DNA of 64,000 nucleotides, taken from Planctomycetota bacterium (lineage in GTDB: Bacteria > Planctomycetota > B15-G4). Under the pieces are notes generated by a model, which was not told the origin of the DNA, did no database searches, and worked only from the letters and a program-made list of their open reading frames with translations. A program made the translations under genes and the position numbers. Shown in pieces: positions 9,469 to 19,736 of the stretch. How positions within the stretch are numbered: the stretch's first letter is position 1; every line of letters begins with the position of its first letter. The stretch covers positions 3,929,375-3,993,374 of the forward strand of contig CBDFJQ010000002.1 in the NCBI GenBank assembly GCA_965248575.1, read 5' to 3'.

Positions 9469-10189
9469 GCAACTGGCCGTTCTCCTGACGCCGCCAGACC
9501 AGCATGAACTCCACATTGGAGTGCTGGAGGACGCCGTCGCGTAGGACGCTCAAGCGGCTGTGCCCGCGTTGGATCCAGAGCTTGTCGGCCCCCTCGAGGC
9601 TGGCGATGCTCAGCTCCCAATCCTGTGCGCCCTCGAGGCGGCCCCAGTACTCGTCGATGGCCTGGCGCCCGGCGACGGTGCGGCCGCTCTTGTCCATGAG
9701 CAGGGCGTCGTCGGCATAGAAGGCGGCGACGGCGGCGAGGTCACCATGGCGCATGGCCTGCTCCATGGCGGCGTTGAGCGCACGGATCTCGGCCTGGGCC
9801 TTGGACCTGAGCCCAGCGGCTTCACGTTGCTGCTCCGCGTCCTTGCCCGGTGCGGCGGTTGCGGCGGCGGACGCATCCCTGCGCTGCTTCAGGTCCTGCA
9901 AGGCTTGGGAGGCGGTGCGCTGCCGCAAGGGGTCCGGGTCGTGCAGGATGTGCAACAACACGGACTCCGCTTCGGGGCGTTCGCTCTGGCCCAAGGCGAG
10001 GATGGCGGGGATGGCCACCTCGGGGTCGCGCACGAAGGCATTGGTGATGTTCGAGCGGGGTGGCCACATGGCGCAGGCCGGGCCGAGCAGCGCGAGGACG
10101 AGGGGCAGCAACGCAAACTGCAGGGCGACGCGTGCACGGGCTGCGGGCGACCTGGGACGAGCGGTGGGACTGCCGGTGGGAATCTGCAT
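9443..10189 (-). CDS. secreted hypothetical protein, HEAT-like N-terminal region plus C-terminal SnoaL/NTF2-like domain
   Basis: Signal-like N-terminus (ALQFALLPLVLALLGPACA); C-terminal FYADDALLMDKSGRTVAGRQAIDEYW pattern typical of NTF2-like/DUF4440 folds. Confidence 0.55.
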   Translation of the reverse strand: MQIPTGSPTARPRSPAARARVALQFALLPLVLALLGPACAMWPPRSNITNAFVRDPEVAIPAILALGQSERPEAESVLLHILHDPDPLRQRTASQALQDLKQRRDASAAATAAPGKDAEQQREAAGLRSKAQAEIRALNAAMEQAMRHGDLAAVAAFYADDALLMDKSGRTVAGRQAIDEYWGRLEGAQDWELSIASLEGADKLWIQRGHSRLSVLRDGVLQHSNVEFMLVWRRQENGQLLIGLDAYW

Positions 10190-10198
10190 GCAGGCAGG

Positions 10199-10480
10199 CT
10201 AACCGATGTGTCGGAACGGGTCGTGCGCATCGGGCTTGGGTTCGACGGCCCGCACATCCACCTCGTCGACCCGGGCCTGGGGCGGCCCTTCGGCCATCCA
10301 GCCCACGAGGTTCTCCACGGCTTCCGGCTCGCCTTGGACCCAGGCCTCCACCCGCCCATCGCTGAGATTGCGGACCCAGCCGCGGAGGCCGAGGGCCTGG
10401 GCCTCCTGCTCGGCGGACCAGCGGAAGCCCACCCCTTGCACACGTCCGGAGACATGGATGTGTCGTGCCATGGTTGTCAT
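10199..10480 (-). CDS. acyP: acylphosphatase
   Basis: [62 protein letters not shown]: classic acylphosphatase signatures (V-x-G-x-VQGV-x-FR; G-x-V-x-N). The long track ORF 10199..10708 is trimmed to the internal ATG. Confidence 0.8.
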   Translation of the reverse strand: MTTMARHIHVSGRVQGVGFRWSAEQEAQALGLRGWVRNLSDGRVEAWVQGEPEAVENLVGWMAEGPPQARVDEVDVRAVEPKPDAHDPFRHIG

Positions 10481-10673
10481 CGCTGCAACGCTAACGCCTC
10501 GTGCGCCAGGGGATCCAGCACCGCCGGCCACTCCCAGCCTCCGAAGAGCTGCGGATGAGCTGCGGAGCGACGTGGAATCCGGTCCAGGGCTCCCGATACG
10601 CTGCTCAGGCTCGCTGGCCCCGCCGCCGATAGATCGAGCAACGCCCGGTCTCCTCATCGACCCCTCTGCAACC

Positions 10674-11837
10674 ATGAGCAACACTCCCGCAGCGCCCCGC
10701 ACCCGCAAGAAGCGCAGCCGCCTGGGTTTCGCAGCTGCGCTGAGCGTGGTCGTGGTGCTGCTGCCGGCCTTGTGCCTTGAGGTCTATCTCCGCATGGACA
10801 AGGAGAAGCACGACCTGTGGTCCATGACGGGGCGGGAGTTGGGCGAGAACCCGATCAAGCAGTGGGGGCAGGTGGACGCCTTCAGCGCCTACCGAGGACG
10901 TGCGGGCGCCGGTGGCATCGGCAAGACCATCAACAGCCTCGGGTTCATCTCGACCCCGGAGCTCACGGTGCAGAAGCCGGCGGACACGGTGCGCGTCGTG
11001 TTCCTGGGCGGTTCGTCCACTGCTGGAACGGGCCAGGACCTGGCGGACGTGGACACCTGGCCCTGGCACGTCGCCGAGGAGCTGCGGGCGGCCATGCCTG
11101 CGGGGCGCAAGCTGGAGTTCATCAACGCGGCGCTCGGGGGTTACAGCACCTTCGAGACCTACGGCCGGCTGTGGAGTCGACTGCGCGCGTACGAGCCGGA
11201 CGTGTTCGTCATGTATCACGGCTGGAACGAGATGTACTACTTCGACAAGACGGCGCCCGAGGACTTCGTCAAGTGGCGCACCTTGCCCGACGGCAGCTGG
11301 ACGCTGGACCGCAAGCGCGGCAAGACCAGGGAGCTGGAACCCTGGTGGGCAGACCACCTGATCCAGTACAGCCAACTGCTCATCCGCGGTCGGATCCGCC
11401 TGGCCAAATGGGCGGGCAGCCTGGAAGGCGAAGTGGGCGGCAGCAAGACACTCAGCGATGACTATGGTCGCGACGGGCCCGAGGTCTTCCGCTTCAACCT
11501 GAAGTTGATCCAGCAGGCCTGCGAGATGATGGACGCCGAGCTCTTCGTGGCGAAGCAAGCCACGCTGATCGTGCCGGGCCTGGACGACAAGCAACGGGAT
11601 CGTTGCCGTTACGACTACCACGGCTTCGGTCACGACGCGCACCTGGCGGCCTACCAGGCGCTCTACGATGTCATCGATGCGGAGGTTCCTGCCGAGCGTG
11701 TCATCGACGTGACGACCCTGAGCGGGCGGCCCGAGGTCTTCGCCGACCACGTGCATCCAACGGAGGCTGGCGCGCGACGTATCGCAGCGCTCGTGGCAGA
11801 CGCCGTGGCGACCACGGTCACGAGCGCCGGGCAGTAG
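10674..11837 (+). CDS. SGNH/GDSL-type hydrolase family protein with N-terminal membrane anchor
   Basis: ATG at 10674 ([35 protein letters not shown]); [11 protein letters not shown] block resembles the SGNH block I; track ORF 10206..11837 has a GC-rich spurious 5' extension. Confidence 0.6.
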   Translation: MSNTPAAPRTRKKRSRLGFAAALSVVVVLLPALCLEVYLRMDKEKHDLWSMTGRELGENPIKQWGQVDAFSAYRGRAGAGGIGKTINSLGFISTPELTVQKPADTVRVVFLGGSSTAGTGQDLADVDTWPWHVAEELRAAMPAGRKLEFINAALGGYSTFETYGRLWSRLRAYEPDVFVMYHGWNEMYYFDKTAPEDFVKWRTLPDGSWTLDRKRGKTRELEPWWADHLIQYSQLLIRGRIRLAKWAGSLEGEVGGSKTLSDDYGRDGPEVFRFNLKLIQQACEMMDAELFVAKQATLIVPGLDDKQRDRCRYDYHGFGHDAHLAAYQALYDVIDAEVPAERVIDVTTLSGRPEVFADHVHPTEAGARRIAALVADAVATTVTSAGQ

Positions 11838-11920
11838 CCGACCGACTCGTCCCAGTCCCGCCGCTGGCACGGCATCGCGAAAGCCGTCAGGCTGGGGCCC
11901 TTCCTCTGAAGGGGTCTGCC

Positions 11921-14890
11921 ATGTTCGTGACTCGACTGCTGCCTGTCGCCCTGCTGGGTGCCGCATTCTCAAGCTCCGTCTCTGCAGCGCTGCCCACTGG
12001 TGATCGTTACGCCGTTCTGCACCTGGATGAGCTGGTCGACGCTCTGGTTGTGCGTAACCCGAGAAGCCCTAAGTGGTCGTTCGCAGCAAACGTCGGGCGG
12101 GTGCACGTGGTGCTCGACGTGGAGGGGGACGCCTACGTGAGTCCGCTGCACAAGCAGGCTGCCGAGGGCGTGCCGGAACTCTTGCCTCCCGATGGCGACG
12201 GTCGGCCAGACACCACGTGGGGCCGCGGCTGGGGCCACACCATGTTGGGCGTAGCCGTGGACGAGTCGGCGGTGGGTTCCGTGACGGGTACGCTGCACGT
12301 TCCTGGCAGCGAGGGGGGGCCGGGCATTGAGGTGCCCTTCGAGATTCCGGCAGAGGCCTTCAGCGAGGACGCAGGGCCGTACTCGATCCTGGAGCGCGGG
12401 CACTACGGTGCCATGCTCGACCGTGATCTTCCGGGGGCGGCGTGGTTTCGGCACCAGCATGACGCTGCCCAGGCGCGCTGGTTGGCGGCGGCCGTGGAGC
12501 AGGGGCGTGAGCTGGGGGCGAGCCCGCAGCTGCGGAATGCTGACCGCATACTGAACCGGTCGCGCTCGACCGTCGAGGACAGTTTCGAGCTGTTCAGCGG
12601 GGGCCGCGCGGTGAGCGAGAATCTGCAGTTGGATCGCACGCTGCCTGCGTCGCCCGAGGGTGAAGACACGGTTCCGGTGGACAGCGTGCAGGGCATCACG
12701 ACACCGGCCTACGACTGGGCGGCGCTCATCGAAGGTCTCTCGCCAGAGCTGGATCCCTTGGCGCAGCTGATCCCCGCGGACCAACACGCGGTCTTCTTCC
12801 CGAGTTTCGAAGCGCTGGTGGCGGTGGCAGATCACGCCGAAGAACACGGCACGCCGGTCTTGGCTGCGCTCGAACCGCGCTCGGAATCGGCGAACACGCG
12901 TCAGCGCTATGAACAGCAGTTGGGAGTGCCCATGAGCGCCTTGAGCCGACTGCTCGGGCCGGCGATCCTGGACAGTGTGGCCATGACGGGTTCCGACCCC
13001 TATCTGCGCACCGGCTCCGATGTCGCCCTGATCTTCGAGGGCTCGACGTCTGCGGTGGAGCCCTTGCTGGTGGCTCGGGTGCGACTCGCTGCCCAGGGAG
13101 TACCGGGTGTCACCGCGGTGGAAGGAAAGATAGGCGACGACAGCTACACGGGCTTCACCAGCGAAGACCGTTCCTTCTGCAGCTATGTGGCGGCCTTGGG
13201 TGATCGGGCAGTGGTGGTCTGCAACTCCCTGGCCCAACTGGAGCGGCTGTTCGCCACGGCGCGCGGCGACGGCCCGGCCCTCGCGTCCTTGGATGAGTAC
13301 GTCTGGTTCCGGGATCGCTATCAGCGCGGCGAGGAGGGTGAGTCGGCCTTCGCCATGATCTCCGACGCCACGATTCGCCGCTGGTGCGGCCCGCGTTGGC
13401 GCATCGGCAGCTCCCGCCGTAGTCGGGCGGCCGCGGTCGTTGCCGAGTGGCAAGCGCGTTCCGTTGACGCCCTCATGGCAGAGGATGCTGCGGACCTCGG
13501 GCCCAGCGGCCATGCACTACCTGAGTACGGCCTCCTGCCCGGCGCCGGCCCCATGAGTTTGACGGCGGGCGGCGTGCGCTCGGAGGACTACGGCAGCCTG
13601 GGATTCGCGACGCCCATCGTCGAGCTGGACCTCGACCTCGTGACGGAGGACGAATCCGATCTCTATGAGCGTTGGCGTCGGGGGTATGAATCAAACTGGT
13701 CTAACTTCTTCGATCCCATCGGCATTCGCTTCAGCGTCGACGAGCAGCAGCTCGCCATGGACATGACGGTGCGTCCGCTCATCGCTGGCAGCGACTACCG
13801 GGACTACATTGGGTTGTCGGCGGGCGCCGAGTTGGATGCGCTGAGCGGTGATCCCCACGAGGAGGCCCTCGTCCACTGGGTCTCTGCATTCAACAGGAAC
13901 TCGCCCAGCCTGAGTCGCGCGGAGGTGCTCGGCTTGGCGCGCATGCTGGCCCCCAAGCTGGACCCCTTGGGTTGGGTCGGCAGTTCGTACTCGCTCTACA
14001 TCGACAAGGACGACTTCTGGGCGGAGATGGCAGCCGCCGAAGACGGAGAGTCCTTCCTGTTCGAGGAGCTGTATCGCTTGCCCATGGCCGTGCACGTCGA
14101 CATCGACAACGTCATGAAGCTGGCGGTGGCGCTGACGGGGCTGCGCGCCGTGGCTGAGCAGACCATCCCCGACATGTTGTTGTGGGAGAACCGCAAGCAC
14201 GCGGGGCGCAGCTATGTGCGCGTGGGTCCCTCCGATCTGGCCTTGGAAGACATGCGCTCCGAGGTGGATGAGTTTGAGAACTGGGATCAGCTGGCTCTCT
14301 ACTATGTGCCCGGGCCCGGCGGTCTCACGTTGTCGCTCAACGAAGAGTTGGTGAAGCGTGCCATCGACCGATCCCAGGCGCGGCGGGGCGTGGGCGCTGA
14401 GAACACGGGCGCAGAGGATGGCGGCACAGAGCGTGCGGAGGTAGGCGCAGCCGAAGACGACGCGTCAGGCATCGAGAACGCCGCTGACGCGTCGAACCCC
14501 TGGCTCGGCAAGCAGCTGGGCCTACGCGTCTCGCGAGACGTGGTGGAGCTCTTGGAGGCGGGCATGATCCGTCAGGGCATCCAGCCGCTCCAGGAACTCT
14601 CGTGGAACAACCTGCCCATCCTGAACGAGTGGAAGCGCCGTTGGCCGCAGCACGACCCGGTCGACGTGCACGAGACCCTGTGGGGGCGGCGTCTCTTGTG
14701 CCCCGGCGGTGGTGAGTACCGCTGGAATGCGGACGACCAACGCATGGAGTCAAGTCTCTACGGACACCCCGGCCGACCGCTCGTCGGGCCGGTGCTCCCT
14801 AGCGCGGTGAAGGGGATCGGCAGTGCCGACCTCGGCATCGACTTCGAGGAGGATGGCTTGCGCGGGCGCGTGACGTTGACGCGTCAGTAG
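11921..14890 (+). CDS. large secreted hypothetical protein (989 aa)
   Basis: ATG 11921 gives signal peptide MFVTRLLPVALLGAAFSSSVSA; long uninterrupted frame; no recognised motif. Confidence 0.6.
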   Translation: MFVTRLLPVALLGAAFSSSVSAALPTGDRYAVLHLDELVDALVVRNPRSPKWSFAANVGRVHVVLDVEGDAYVSPLHKQAAEGVPELLPPDGDGRPDTTWGRGWGHTMLGVAVDESAVGSVTGTLHVPGSEGGPGIEVPFEIPAEAFSEDAGPYSILERGHYGAMLDRDLPGAAWFRHQHDAAQARWLAAAVEQGRELGASPQLRNADRILNRSRSTVEDSFELFSGGRAVSENLQLDRTLPASPEGEDTVPVDSVQGITTPAYDWAALIEGLSPELDPLAQLIPADQHAVFFPSFEALVAVADHAEEHGTPVLAALEPRSESANTRQRYEQQLGVPMSALSRLLGPAILDSVAMTGSDPYLRTGSDVALIFEGSTSAVEPLLVARVRLAAQGVPGVTAVEGKIGDDSYTGFTSEDRSFCSYVAALGDRAVVVCNSLAQLERLFATARGDGPALASLDEYVWFRDRYQRGEEGESAFAMISDATIRRWCGPRWRIGSSRRSRAAAVVAEWQARSVDALMAEDAADLGPSGHALPEYGLLPGAGPMSLTAGGVRSEDYGSLGFATPIVELDLDLVTEDESDLYERWRRGYESNWSNFFDPIGIRFSVDEQQLAMDMTVRPLIAGSDYRDYIGLSAGAELDALSGDPHEEALVHWVSAFNRNSPSLSRAEVLGLARMLAPKLDPLGWVGSSYSLYIDKDDFWAEMAAAEDGESFLFEELYRLPMAVHVDIDNVMKLAVALTGLRAVAEQTIPDMLLWENRKHAGRSYVRVGPSDLALEDMRSEVDEFENWDQLALYYVPGPGGLTLSLNEELVKRAIDRSQARRGVGAENTGAEDGGTERAEVGAAEDDASGIENAADASNPWLGKQLGLRVSRDVVELLEAGMIRQGIQPLQELSWNNLPILNEWKRRWPQHDPVDVHETLWGRRLLCPGGGEYRWNADDQRMESSLYGHPGRPLVGPVLPSAVKGIGSADLGIDFEEDGLRGRVTLTRQ

Positions 14891-14901
14891 GGCGGCCGGT
14901 C

Positions 14902-15468
14902 CTAGGGCTCGGAGCCTTCGAGGCCGAGCAGCGAACTCACGTACGGCTCGAGCCGCGTGAGTCCCGCCTGCTTGCCCTCCTCGAGCGCGCAGAGGGCGGG
15001 CAAGCCGTCTACGAAGTGCGCCTTGAGCGCGAAGAGGGCGCCCACCCGGTTGCCGCTCGCGCAGTACACCACCACGCCGGGTTGCTCCTGTCGGGCGGAG
15101 CCCTTGAGGACCCGTGCGAGGCGCCGGGCATTCCCCTCTGTGGTTCCCTCGCTGCCAGCGACGGGGAGGCGTCGGAACTGGCTCGTGCGTCCCGCGAAGA
15201 AGTCCTCCTCCCAGCCGGCGCCGTCCTCGGAGCTGGGGCGCAGGCTCACGAAGGTGCCGAAGCCGAGTGCTTCCAGTTCTTCGACCTGGCTTGGGGTGAG
15301 CTGCCCGCCGGTGACGACGCCCGGGTAGGGCGTGCGCACATTCTGGATCGCCAGGGCAGAGACGTCGGGGGTTTCGAAGGCCGTGGCGCTGTTCCCGTCA
15401 GCGTTGCTTGAGGTGACGCAGGCGAAGGTCAGGGAAAGCAGGACAGCGAGGATCAGGGTCTTGAACAT
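14902..15468 (-). CDS. lipoprotein with phosphatase-like (DUF442-type) fold
   Basis: Signal/lipobox MFKTLILAVLLSLTFAC; VVVYCASGNRVGALFALKA resembles the Cys-x-x-G-x-R P-loop of DUF442 phosphatase-like proteins. Family assignment is tentative. Confidence 0.5.
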   Translation of the reverse strand: MFKTLILAVLLSLTFACVTSSNADGNSATAFETPDVSALAIQNVRTPYPGVVTGGQLTPSQVEELEALGFGTFVSLRPSSEDGAGWEEDFFAGRTSQFRRLPVAGSEGTTEGNARRLARVLKGSARQEQPGVVVYCASGNRVGALFALKAHFVDGLPALCALEEGKQAGLTRLEPYVSSLLGLEGSEP

Positions 15469-15544
15469 GGCGTGACTTCGCAAAGAGATCGTCGGGGATG
15501 GAAACAGGGCGCAAGCCGTCAGTTTGTTGCAGTGTCCTTCCAGC

Positions 15545-16348
15545 CTAGCGGTTGTCGCCGCCCAGGAGGCGGCCGACACCTCCCAGGAGGGATCCCTCGC
15601 CCTTGCTGCTCCCCCCATGGCGAGGAGCGCTGGCCAGGATGCGGTCTGCCAAGCGGCTGAAGGGCAGGCTCTGCAGGTAGACCGTGCCGGGGCCGCTGAG
15701 TTCGGCCAGGAAGAGACCCTCACCGCCGAAGAGCATGGAGCCGATGCCCTTGACCATGGTGATGTTGTAGTCGACCCCGGCGTCGAAGCCGACGATGCAG
15801 CCGGTGTCCACCTTGAGGCGGTCGTTGGGGCCCAGCTCCTTCTTGACCACCGTGCCGCCGGCGTGGATGAAGGTGAGGCCGTCGCCGCGCAACTTCTGGA
15901 GGATGAAGCCCTCGCCGCCGAACAGGCCGACACCGAAGCGCTTGTTGAAGGCGATGGACAGCTCGGTGCCCATGGCTGCGCACAGGAAGGCCTGCTTCTG
16001 GCACAGGAAGGTGCCGCCCACGGCGGAGAGATCGATGGGCACGATCTTGCCCGGGTAAGGCGCGCCGAAGGCGACCTGGGTGCGGCCCGTGCCCTCTGCC
16101 GTGAAGTGCGTCATGAACAGGCTCTCGCCGGTGAAGACGCGCTTGCCGACGCTGAAGATCTTGTCCATGAAGCCAGCTTGCGGGTTGCTGCCGTCACCCA
16201 TCTTGGTGTCCATGTGGATGTCCGGGTTCATGAACATCATGGCGCCCGCCTCGGCGATGACCGTCTCGCGCGGATCGAGGGTGATCTCCACGAACTGCAT
16301 GTCGTCGCCGTGGATGACGTAGTCGATCTCGTGGGAGTTGGTGGGCAT
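15545..16348 (-). CDS. TIGR00266/AIM24-family protein
   Basis: [26 protein letters not shown]...[44 protein letters not shown] follows the conserved AIM24/DUF124 pattern; start trimmed to ATG 16348. Confidence 0.75.
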   Translation of the reverse strand: MPTNSHEIDYVIHGDDMQFVEITLDPRETVIAEAGAMMFMNPDIHMDTKMGDGSNPQAGFMDKIFSVGKRVFTGESLFMTHFTAEGTGRTQVAFGAPYPGKIVPIDLSAVGGTFLCQKQAFLCAAMGTELSIAFNKRFGVGLFGGEGFILQKLRGDGLTFIHAGGTVVKKELGPNDRLKVDTGCIVGFDAGVDYNITMVKGIGSMLFGGEGLFLAELSGPGTVYLQSLPFSRLADRILASAPRHGGSSKGEGSLLGGVGRLLGGDNR

Positions 16349-16469
16349 GGGGGTGGGCTCCGGTTCGGGGGGGCTGGGCTGGCAGCGTGGCTGCTGGCGG
16401 GGGACACTTTGGGATGCGGGGGGTTTGGGTTTCAAGGATGGGGGGGACGGGTGGATGGTTGGCGCTGGT

Positions 16470-16635
16470 GGTGGGCGAGGCCCGTCAACCCGGCCAAGTG
16501 GTCGCTCGGGAGGGAGGGTGGGCTGCCTCCGCCGGTTTCGGGCCTGAGGCTTGTTGGATCTGCTGAGGCTTCAGGCCCGAAACCGGCTGCTTTGGGGCTC
16601 GCTCTACATGGCCGGGTTGAAGGGCCTCGCCCACC
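16470..16635. repeat. nested inverted repeat (outer arms 16470-16495 / 16610-16635, inner arms 16531-16550 / 16568-16587) in a G/T-rich divergent intergenic region
   Basis: Outer arm GGTGGGCGAGGCCCGTCAACCCGGCC vs reverse complement of GGCCGGGTTGAAGGGCCTCGCCCACC (25/26); inner arm GCCGGTTTCGGGCCTGAGGC vs GCTTCAGGCCCGAAACCGGC (19/20). Confidence 0.6.
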
Positions 16636-16807
16636 ACCAGCTCCAATCGTCACGTGGGTGGGTTGGGGGTGCTCGCCACGCAGTCGCTCCAGTCGTTCCG
16701 TGGGTTCTGGCCATCGTGGGGTGGGGTGTGCTCCCGCGTAGCGGTCGCTCTTGGCGCTGTGGGGTTGGGGTGATCGCGGCGGGGTTTGGGGGAGCTATGG
16801 TTGGGTC

Positions 16808-17404
16808 ATGGATGAGACGACTCGTGAGGATCTGGGGCGGGGCTTGCTGCCTGCTTTGGTGGGTGCGGATGAGGTGGTGCGGCGGGTTCGTGCGGTCGGG
16901 GCGGGGAGCGTGATTGATGTGCGCTCTCCTGTGGAAGTGCTTGGGGAGTCGGTCCCGGGGGCGGTGGCGGTGCCGCTGGATCAACTGGAGGCGCGTCTGG
17001 ACGAGGTGCGGGCGGTGCCGGCGCCGCGGCTGTTGTTGTGTCGCTCGGGTGCTCGGGCTGGCAAGGCGATGGAGACCTTGACCGCGCTGGGAGTGGACGG
17101 GTTGAGCGTCATGAGTGGTGGGCTGGAGGCCTACCGGGCCGCGGGAGGCAGCACCGTGTCCGCCGGCTCGCACATGTCGCTCGAACGACAGGTGCGGGTG
17201 GCGGCCGGTTCCCTGAGTTTGCTCGGGGTGATCCTGGGTTTCTTGCTGCACCCGGGATTCTTCGGCTTGTCGGGCTTCGTGGGAGCGGGTCTGGTGTTCG
17301 CCGGGGTCACGGACTGGTGCGGGATGGGATTGCTCCTGGCGCGTGCGCCTTGGAATCAGCGCCCTGGGACGCGCGCTCAGCCGTCGGACACGCTGTCCCA
17401 GTAG
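16808..17404 (+). CDS. rhodanese-like domain protein with C-terminal YgaP-like (DUF2892) membrane segment
   Basis: Rhodanese-like core with active-site-like LLLCRSGARAGKA; C-terminal hydrophobic GVILGFLLHPGFFGLSGFVGAGLVFAGVTDWCGMGLLLA; ATG 16808 preferred. Confidence 0.7.
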   Translation: MDETTREDLGRGLLPALVGADEVVRRVRAVGAGSVIDVRSPVEVLGESVPGAVAVPLDQLEARLDEVRAVPAPRLLLCRSGARAGKAMETLTALGVDGLSVMSGGLEAYRAAGGSTVSAGSHMSLERQVRVAAGSLSLLGVILGFLLHPGFFGLSGFVGAGLVFAGVTDWCGMGLLLARAPWNQRPGTRAQPSDTLSQ

Positions 17405-18432
17405 GGGGCGAGGGCCTGACGTGCCTTGCCGACGGTGACGGTTGCGTCGATGGAGGGCGCGGCGTCCAAGCCGAAGTCGCGGCCTGGGACACCGGGTTCG
17501 GCGCCGCTGCTGGCGTGCAGGGCGGCGCGCACACCCTGCACCACACCTTGCGGGTCGTAGCCCCCTTCGAGGGTGCACACGAGGCGACCGGGGCAGTGCT
17601 CGTCCGACCAGCTGCGGAACAGTTGGAACAGGGCGTCGAAGCCAGAGCGGCTGACGGCCAAACCCCCGAGGGGGTCGGCGTGCCAGGTGTCGAAACCGGC
17701 CGAAACGAGGATCAGGTCGGGGCGGTAGTCGGAGACCACGGGGCCCACCACCTCTTGATAGAGGTGCAGGAGGTCGGCGTCGCCCATGCCCGCGCCCAGC
17801 GGTAGGTTTACGGTGTGGCCGGCGCCCTCGCCCGTGCCCACCTCGGTCAGCGGGCCGGTGAAGGGATAGAAGGGGTAGCGATGGCTGGAGACGTAGAGCA
17901 CGTCGCTGCGGCTGTCGAAGGCGTGTTGGGTGCCGTTGCCGTGGTGCACGTCGGGGTCGAGGATCAGCACCCGTTCGCAGCCCAGCTCGGCTCGGGCGTG
18001 TTCGGCGGCTACGGCCACGTTGTTGAAGAGGCAGAAGCCCATGGCGTGGGAGGCTTCGGCGTGGTGGCCGGGGGGGCGCACCAAGGCGAAGGCGCCGGCG
18101 GCCTCGCCTGCGACCACGGCTTCGGTGGCGGCGAGGGTCGCCCCCGCACCCTTCAGGGCAGCCTCCCAGGAGCCGGCGCTGGTGATGGTATCGCCGTCGA
18201 GGGCGACAGGGGCCTGACCCGCCGTGGCCTCGACCACATCCACATGCTGGGCGGTGTGCACCCGTTGCAGCTCGGCGCGAGTGGCTCGGCGCGGGCTGTC
18301 CTGGCGGGTGCCGGGCACGGGGCGCGCGTCCAGGTCGTCCAGCACCGCGGCCAGTCGGGCAGCGTTTTCCGGATGGCCGGGACCCGGGTCGTGCTCCAGG
18401 CAGCTCGGGTCTCGTAGGATCAGAGTGTCCAT
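17377..18432 (-). CDS. histone deacetylase-family (acetoin utilization/HDAC-like) protein
   Basis: MDTLILRDPSCLEHDPGPGHPENAARL..., FALVRPPGHHAE, ILDPDVHHGNGTQ, VSAGFDTWHADPLGG: canonical HDAC/arginase-fold motifs; start trimmed from track ORF 17377..19248. Confidence 0.85.
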   Translation of the reverse strand: MDTLILRDPSCLEHDPGPGHPENAARLAAVLDDLDARPVPGTRQDSPRRATRAELQRVHTAQHVDVVEATAGQAPVALDGDTITSAGSWEAALKGAGATLAATEAVVAGEAAGAFALVRPPGHHAEASHAMGFCLFNNVAVAAEHARAELGCERVLILDPDVHHGNGTQHAFDSRSDVLYVSSHRYPFYPFTGPLTEVGTGEGAGHTVNLPLGAGMGDADLLHLYQEVVGPVVSDYRPDLILVSAGFDTWHADPLGGLAVSRSGFDALFQLFRSWSDEHCPGRLVCTLEGGYDPQGVVQGVRAALHASSGAEPGVPGRDFGLDAAPSIDATVTVGKARQALAPYWDSVSDG

Positions 18433-18504
18433 GCAGCGAACGGTAGCGCTCGCCAGGGGCGGGCTCCAGTGGCGAGGCGGCGGTGACCCAGCGGTGATCG
18501 ATCG

Positions 18505-19725
18505 ATGAGCAGGGGACAGCGAAACGCGCTCATGGCCTTCGGCCTCGTGCTGGTCGCCTATGTGCTGGCCCGCGCCCTGTCTGGCGACAACGACTTCGAC
18601 GGCTTCCATCGCGCGGCGCAACACGTGCTCGACACCGGGACGCTCAGCCGGGTGAAGGACGTGCAGCGCTACCCGCCCAGCTTCCAATTGCTGATGCTGC
18701 CCTTCGGTCTGCTGCCATTGAAGGTGGCCGCGGGACTGTGGTTGGTGTTGAGCGTCGTGGCTCTGTGGAAGTTGCCGCGCCTGCTCGAACGCCTGATGGG
18801 TGTCCCGGTCTCCGCGCAGTTGGTGGCGGGCTGCGTGATGCTGCCGCTGGTGGTGGACAACCTGAACCTCGGGCAGAGCGCGCCGGTGTTGGTGTGCCTG
18901 TGCGCGTTGGCGCTGGTCTGGGCGCGGGAGGGGCGTGGACTCGCCAGCGGCTTCTTGTTGGGTGTACTCGCCCTGTTCAAGGTGTTGCCCGTCGTGATGT
19001 TGGCGATCCCGATCCTGTTGTGCGTGCGTGGCGGCAGTGGCGAGGCCGGCGACGAAGCTGCTCGGGGAACACAGGCAGCCCTGCGGCTCGTGGCGGGTGC
19101 GCTGCTCGCCCTGCTCCTGGCAACGGCTGGGCTCGTGGCCGTGGTGGGCTGGGAGGACACGCGCGACACGACGCAGCAATGGGTCACGAAGACCCGCGCT
19201 GAGCAGACGCCCTGGGCGCTGGTGGCCAACAACCGCAGCCTGCGTCACAACAACGAAGGGCTGGGCGTTGTACTCGCCCGGACCTACTGCGACATCAGCC
19301 CGGCGCAGGCGAAGGGCTCCGTGTCTCTGGCCAAGTGGCCACTGTCGGTGGCGTGGGGGATGTACGGCGCCCTCTTGGCGGGGCTCGTGGTGGCGGTGTG
19401 GCGAGGGCTGTTCGCGGTGCGGCGGCTCATGGCTTCAAGCGAGGCCGCAGCCCGTCACAGTGCGTGGGGCGGGCTGTTCGCGCTGGCGTGCTTGGGCACC
19501 CTGCTCATCTCACCCATCGTGTGGACGCATTACTTTCTCTGGGTGTTGCCGGCCGCCGTCTTCCTGCATGAGCGGCAACGCCTGGTGTTGTGGGGCGGTG
19601 TCGCCTTCGCCGTGTGTTTCGCCGTGACGCCCCTGCGCGGGCTGGGCGTGCACATCTATGCGACCTATGCGCTGTTCTGGGTGTTGGCGTTGGAGATCGT
19701 GCGCCGGGCGCGCGCGTCAGGCTAA
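18505..19725 (+). CDS. polytopic membrane protein, GT87/DUF2029-like glycosyltransferase candidate
   Basis: About 10 predicted TM helices with conserved-looking loop motifs; family call is from overall architecture and tentative. Confidence 0.5.
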   Translation: MSRGQRNALMAFGLVLVAYVLARALSGDNDFDGFHRAAQHVLDTGTLSRVKDVQRYPPSFQLLMLPFGLLPLKVAAGLWLVLSVVALWKLPRLLERLMGVPVSAQLVAGCVMLPLVVDNLNLGQSAPVLVCLCALALVWAREGRGLASGFLLGVLALFKVLPVVMLAIPILLCVRGGSGEAGDEAARGTQAALRLVAGALLALLLATAGLVAVVGWEDTRDTTQQWVTKTRAEQTPWALVANNRSLRHNNEGLGVVLARTYCDISPAQAKGSVSLAKWPLSVAWGMYGALLAGLVVAVWRGLFAVRRLMASSEAAARHSAWGGLFALACLGTLLISPIVWTHYFLWVLPAAVFLHERQRLVLWGGVAFAVCFAVTPLRGLGVHIYATYALFWVLALEIVRRARASG

Positions 19726-19736
19726 GCCCGCGCCCT

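Noticed and set aside
11969-13513. 514-aa minus-strand ORF
   Set aside because: Antisense to the 989-aa secreted protein gene; Arg/Ala/Gly-rich composition.
16338-16913. Short Gly/Trp/Arg-rich ORFs in the 16.3-16.8 kb intergenic region
   Set aside because: Translations are low-complexity products of G-rich DNA; the region is better explained as non-coding with inverted repeats.
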